A stretch of 24,000 nt of DNA. Origin: Bacillus sp. EAC (GTDB lineage: Bacteria; Bacillota; Bacilli; Bacillales; Bacillaceae_G). The stretch spans positions 135,665 through 159,664 of the forward strand of contig NZ_NCSY01000009.1 of assembly GCF_002156875.1 (NCBI RefSeq). Reading direction: 5' to 3'. Below are positions 23,211 to 24,000 of this stretch, in pieces. The notes beneath the pieces are model-generated. The model worked only from the letters and a program-made list of their open reading frames with translations, was not told the DNA's origin and did no database searches. Each line of letters opens with the position of its first letter. Positions within the stretch are counted from its first letter, which is position 1. Both the position numbers and the translations under genes were made by a program.

Positions 23211-24000
23211 ATAACTTTACGTGGTCAATACCAATCTTGCTTAAAAATGATGAAACATTCGAATAATATTCTTCTTTATTTTCGTTAAGACTCATAGCGT
23301 GCGCACCATTTTCAGCAATATATAATTCTTTCATACCTTGATTTTTAGCTTCAAATAATTCAAGGGTTTGAGAATAAGGAATATACAAATCAGGTTTACT
23401 ATGAATAAATAAAATTGGTTTTTTAATAAGTTGAGTAGCAATTAGTGGATTGATATCATTAATCCAAAAACCATCTCTTAGTTTTAACCAACAAGTTGCA
23501 ACAGGAAGGATGGCCCACTTTGGAAGATGGGCTTCGATCTTTAAACGATAGGCAAGCTGTTCTTCAAAAGTAGCAAATGCACAATCTGAAATATAAAAGT
23601 CAGCAGAGTCCTCAACGAACCCCGCATATTGAAGTAAAGTACATGCTCCCATCGATTCTCCATGAATACCAAAAACGATATTTTGTTTCAATTCCTTCAA
23701 AAACTTTATAATCGTTTGTAAATCATATTTCTCATAAAAGCCATAGCTCGTTGTATGACCGCCAGATTCACCATGTCGTCTATGGTCGTATGATAAAACA
23801 TTAAAACCAAGTTTTAAAAAAAGCTCGACATATTTAATTGAATTATTTTTATTCACTGTAACACCGTGAGTTATAATAACCCATTTATTTGTATCATAGT
23901 ATTCATATAAGAAGCCCTTTAGTTCATAGTCGTAACGAGATTGTACGGAAAAGGACTGCTTATGAACGGAACGATACCAACCTTCATCAAATCGAGAATT
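23209..24000 (-). CDS. Alpha/beta hydrolase (serine hydrolase); N-terminus lies beyond window end
   Basis: The frame is open from position 24000 (…KWVIITHGVTVNKNNS…), so the track's GTG at 23856 is internal. The nucleophile elbow is GIHGESMGA. The HG oxyanion motif is in ITHG. Confidence 0.8.
   Translation of the reverse strand, partial: NSRFDEGWYRSVHKQSFSVQSRYDYELKGFLYEYYDTNKWVIITHGVTVNKNNSIKYVELFLKLGFNVLSYDHRRHGESGGHTTSYGFYEKYDLQTIIKFLKELKQNIVFGIHGESMGACTLLQYAGFVEDSADFYISDCAFATFEEQLAYRLKIEAHLPKWAILPVATCWLKLRDGFWINDINPLIATQLIKKPILFIHSKPDLYIPYSQTLELFEAKNQGMKELYIAENGAHAMSLNENKEEYYSNVSSFLSKIGIDHVKL

Overview
AT-rich, gene-dense chromosomal segment that looks like core genome of a low-GC Firmicute (Bacillaceae-like gene content and synteny). 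I recognise no transposase, integrase, phage, CRISPR/cas, tRNA or rRNA genes. Left to right: bshB2 (partial) and yojF; a DivIC/FtsB-family division gene; a small 3-TM protein; an orphan tatC; a YdjM-family membrane hydrolase; a secreted Ser/Tyr/Arg-rich anchored protein with a YxcD-like partner; a Y-family (PolY2/UvrX-type) polymerase with a YolD-like partner behind two LexA boxes; a DUF1659/DUF2922-like pair; a Cof-type HAD hydrolase; a complete mannitol PTS operon mtlA-mtlR-mtlF-mtlD; a small membrane protein; a BclA-C-terminal/C1q-like protein; a DinB-family protein; two GNATs; an Amj-like lipid II flippase; an APH-family kinase; a class D sortase with an LPKTA acidic surface protein; a CDGSH Fe-S protein; an Fe-alcohol dehydrogenase; and a partial alpha/beta hydrolase. 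I do not see a convincing new multi-gene system such as a defence island. The points worth a second look are regulatory or RNA-level. (1) A near-consensus sigma-A promoter has a perfect LexA box in its spacer and points antisense into the divIC-like gene. (2) A perfect 95-bp tandem duplication of a GC-rich structured element separates polY2 from yolD. Its longer copy carries twin hairpins with GUCCU/AUCCU loops, reminiscent of the Bacillaceae-1 RNA motif. (3) A related GC-rich element is present in two further copies. (4) An ORF-less promoter-to-terminator unit with a C-rich tract lies upstream of yojF. (5) An in-frame TGA truncates the Amj-like gene. All calls come from reading the sequence and recalling protein families; no searches were run.
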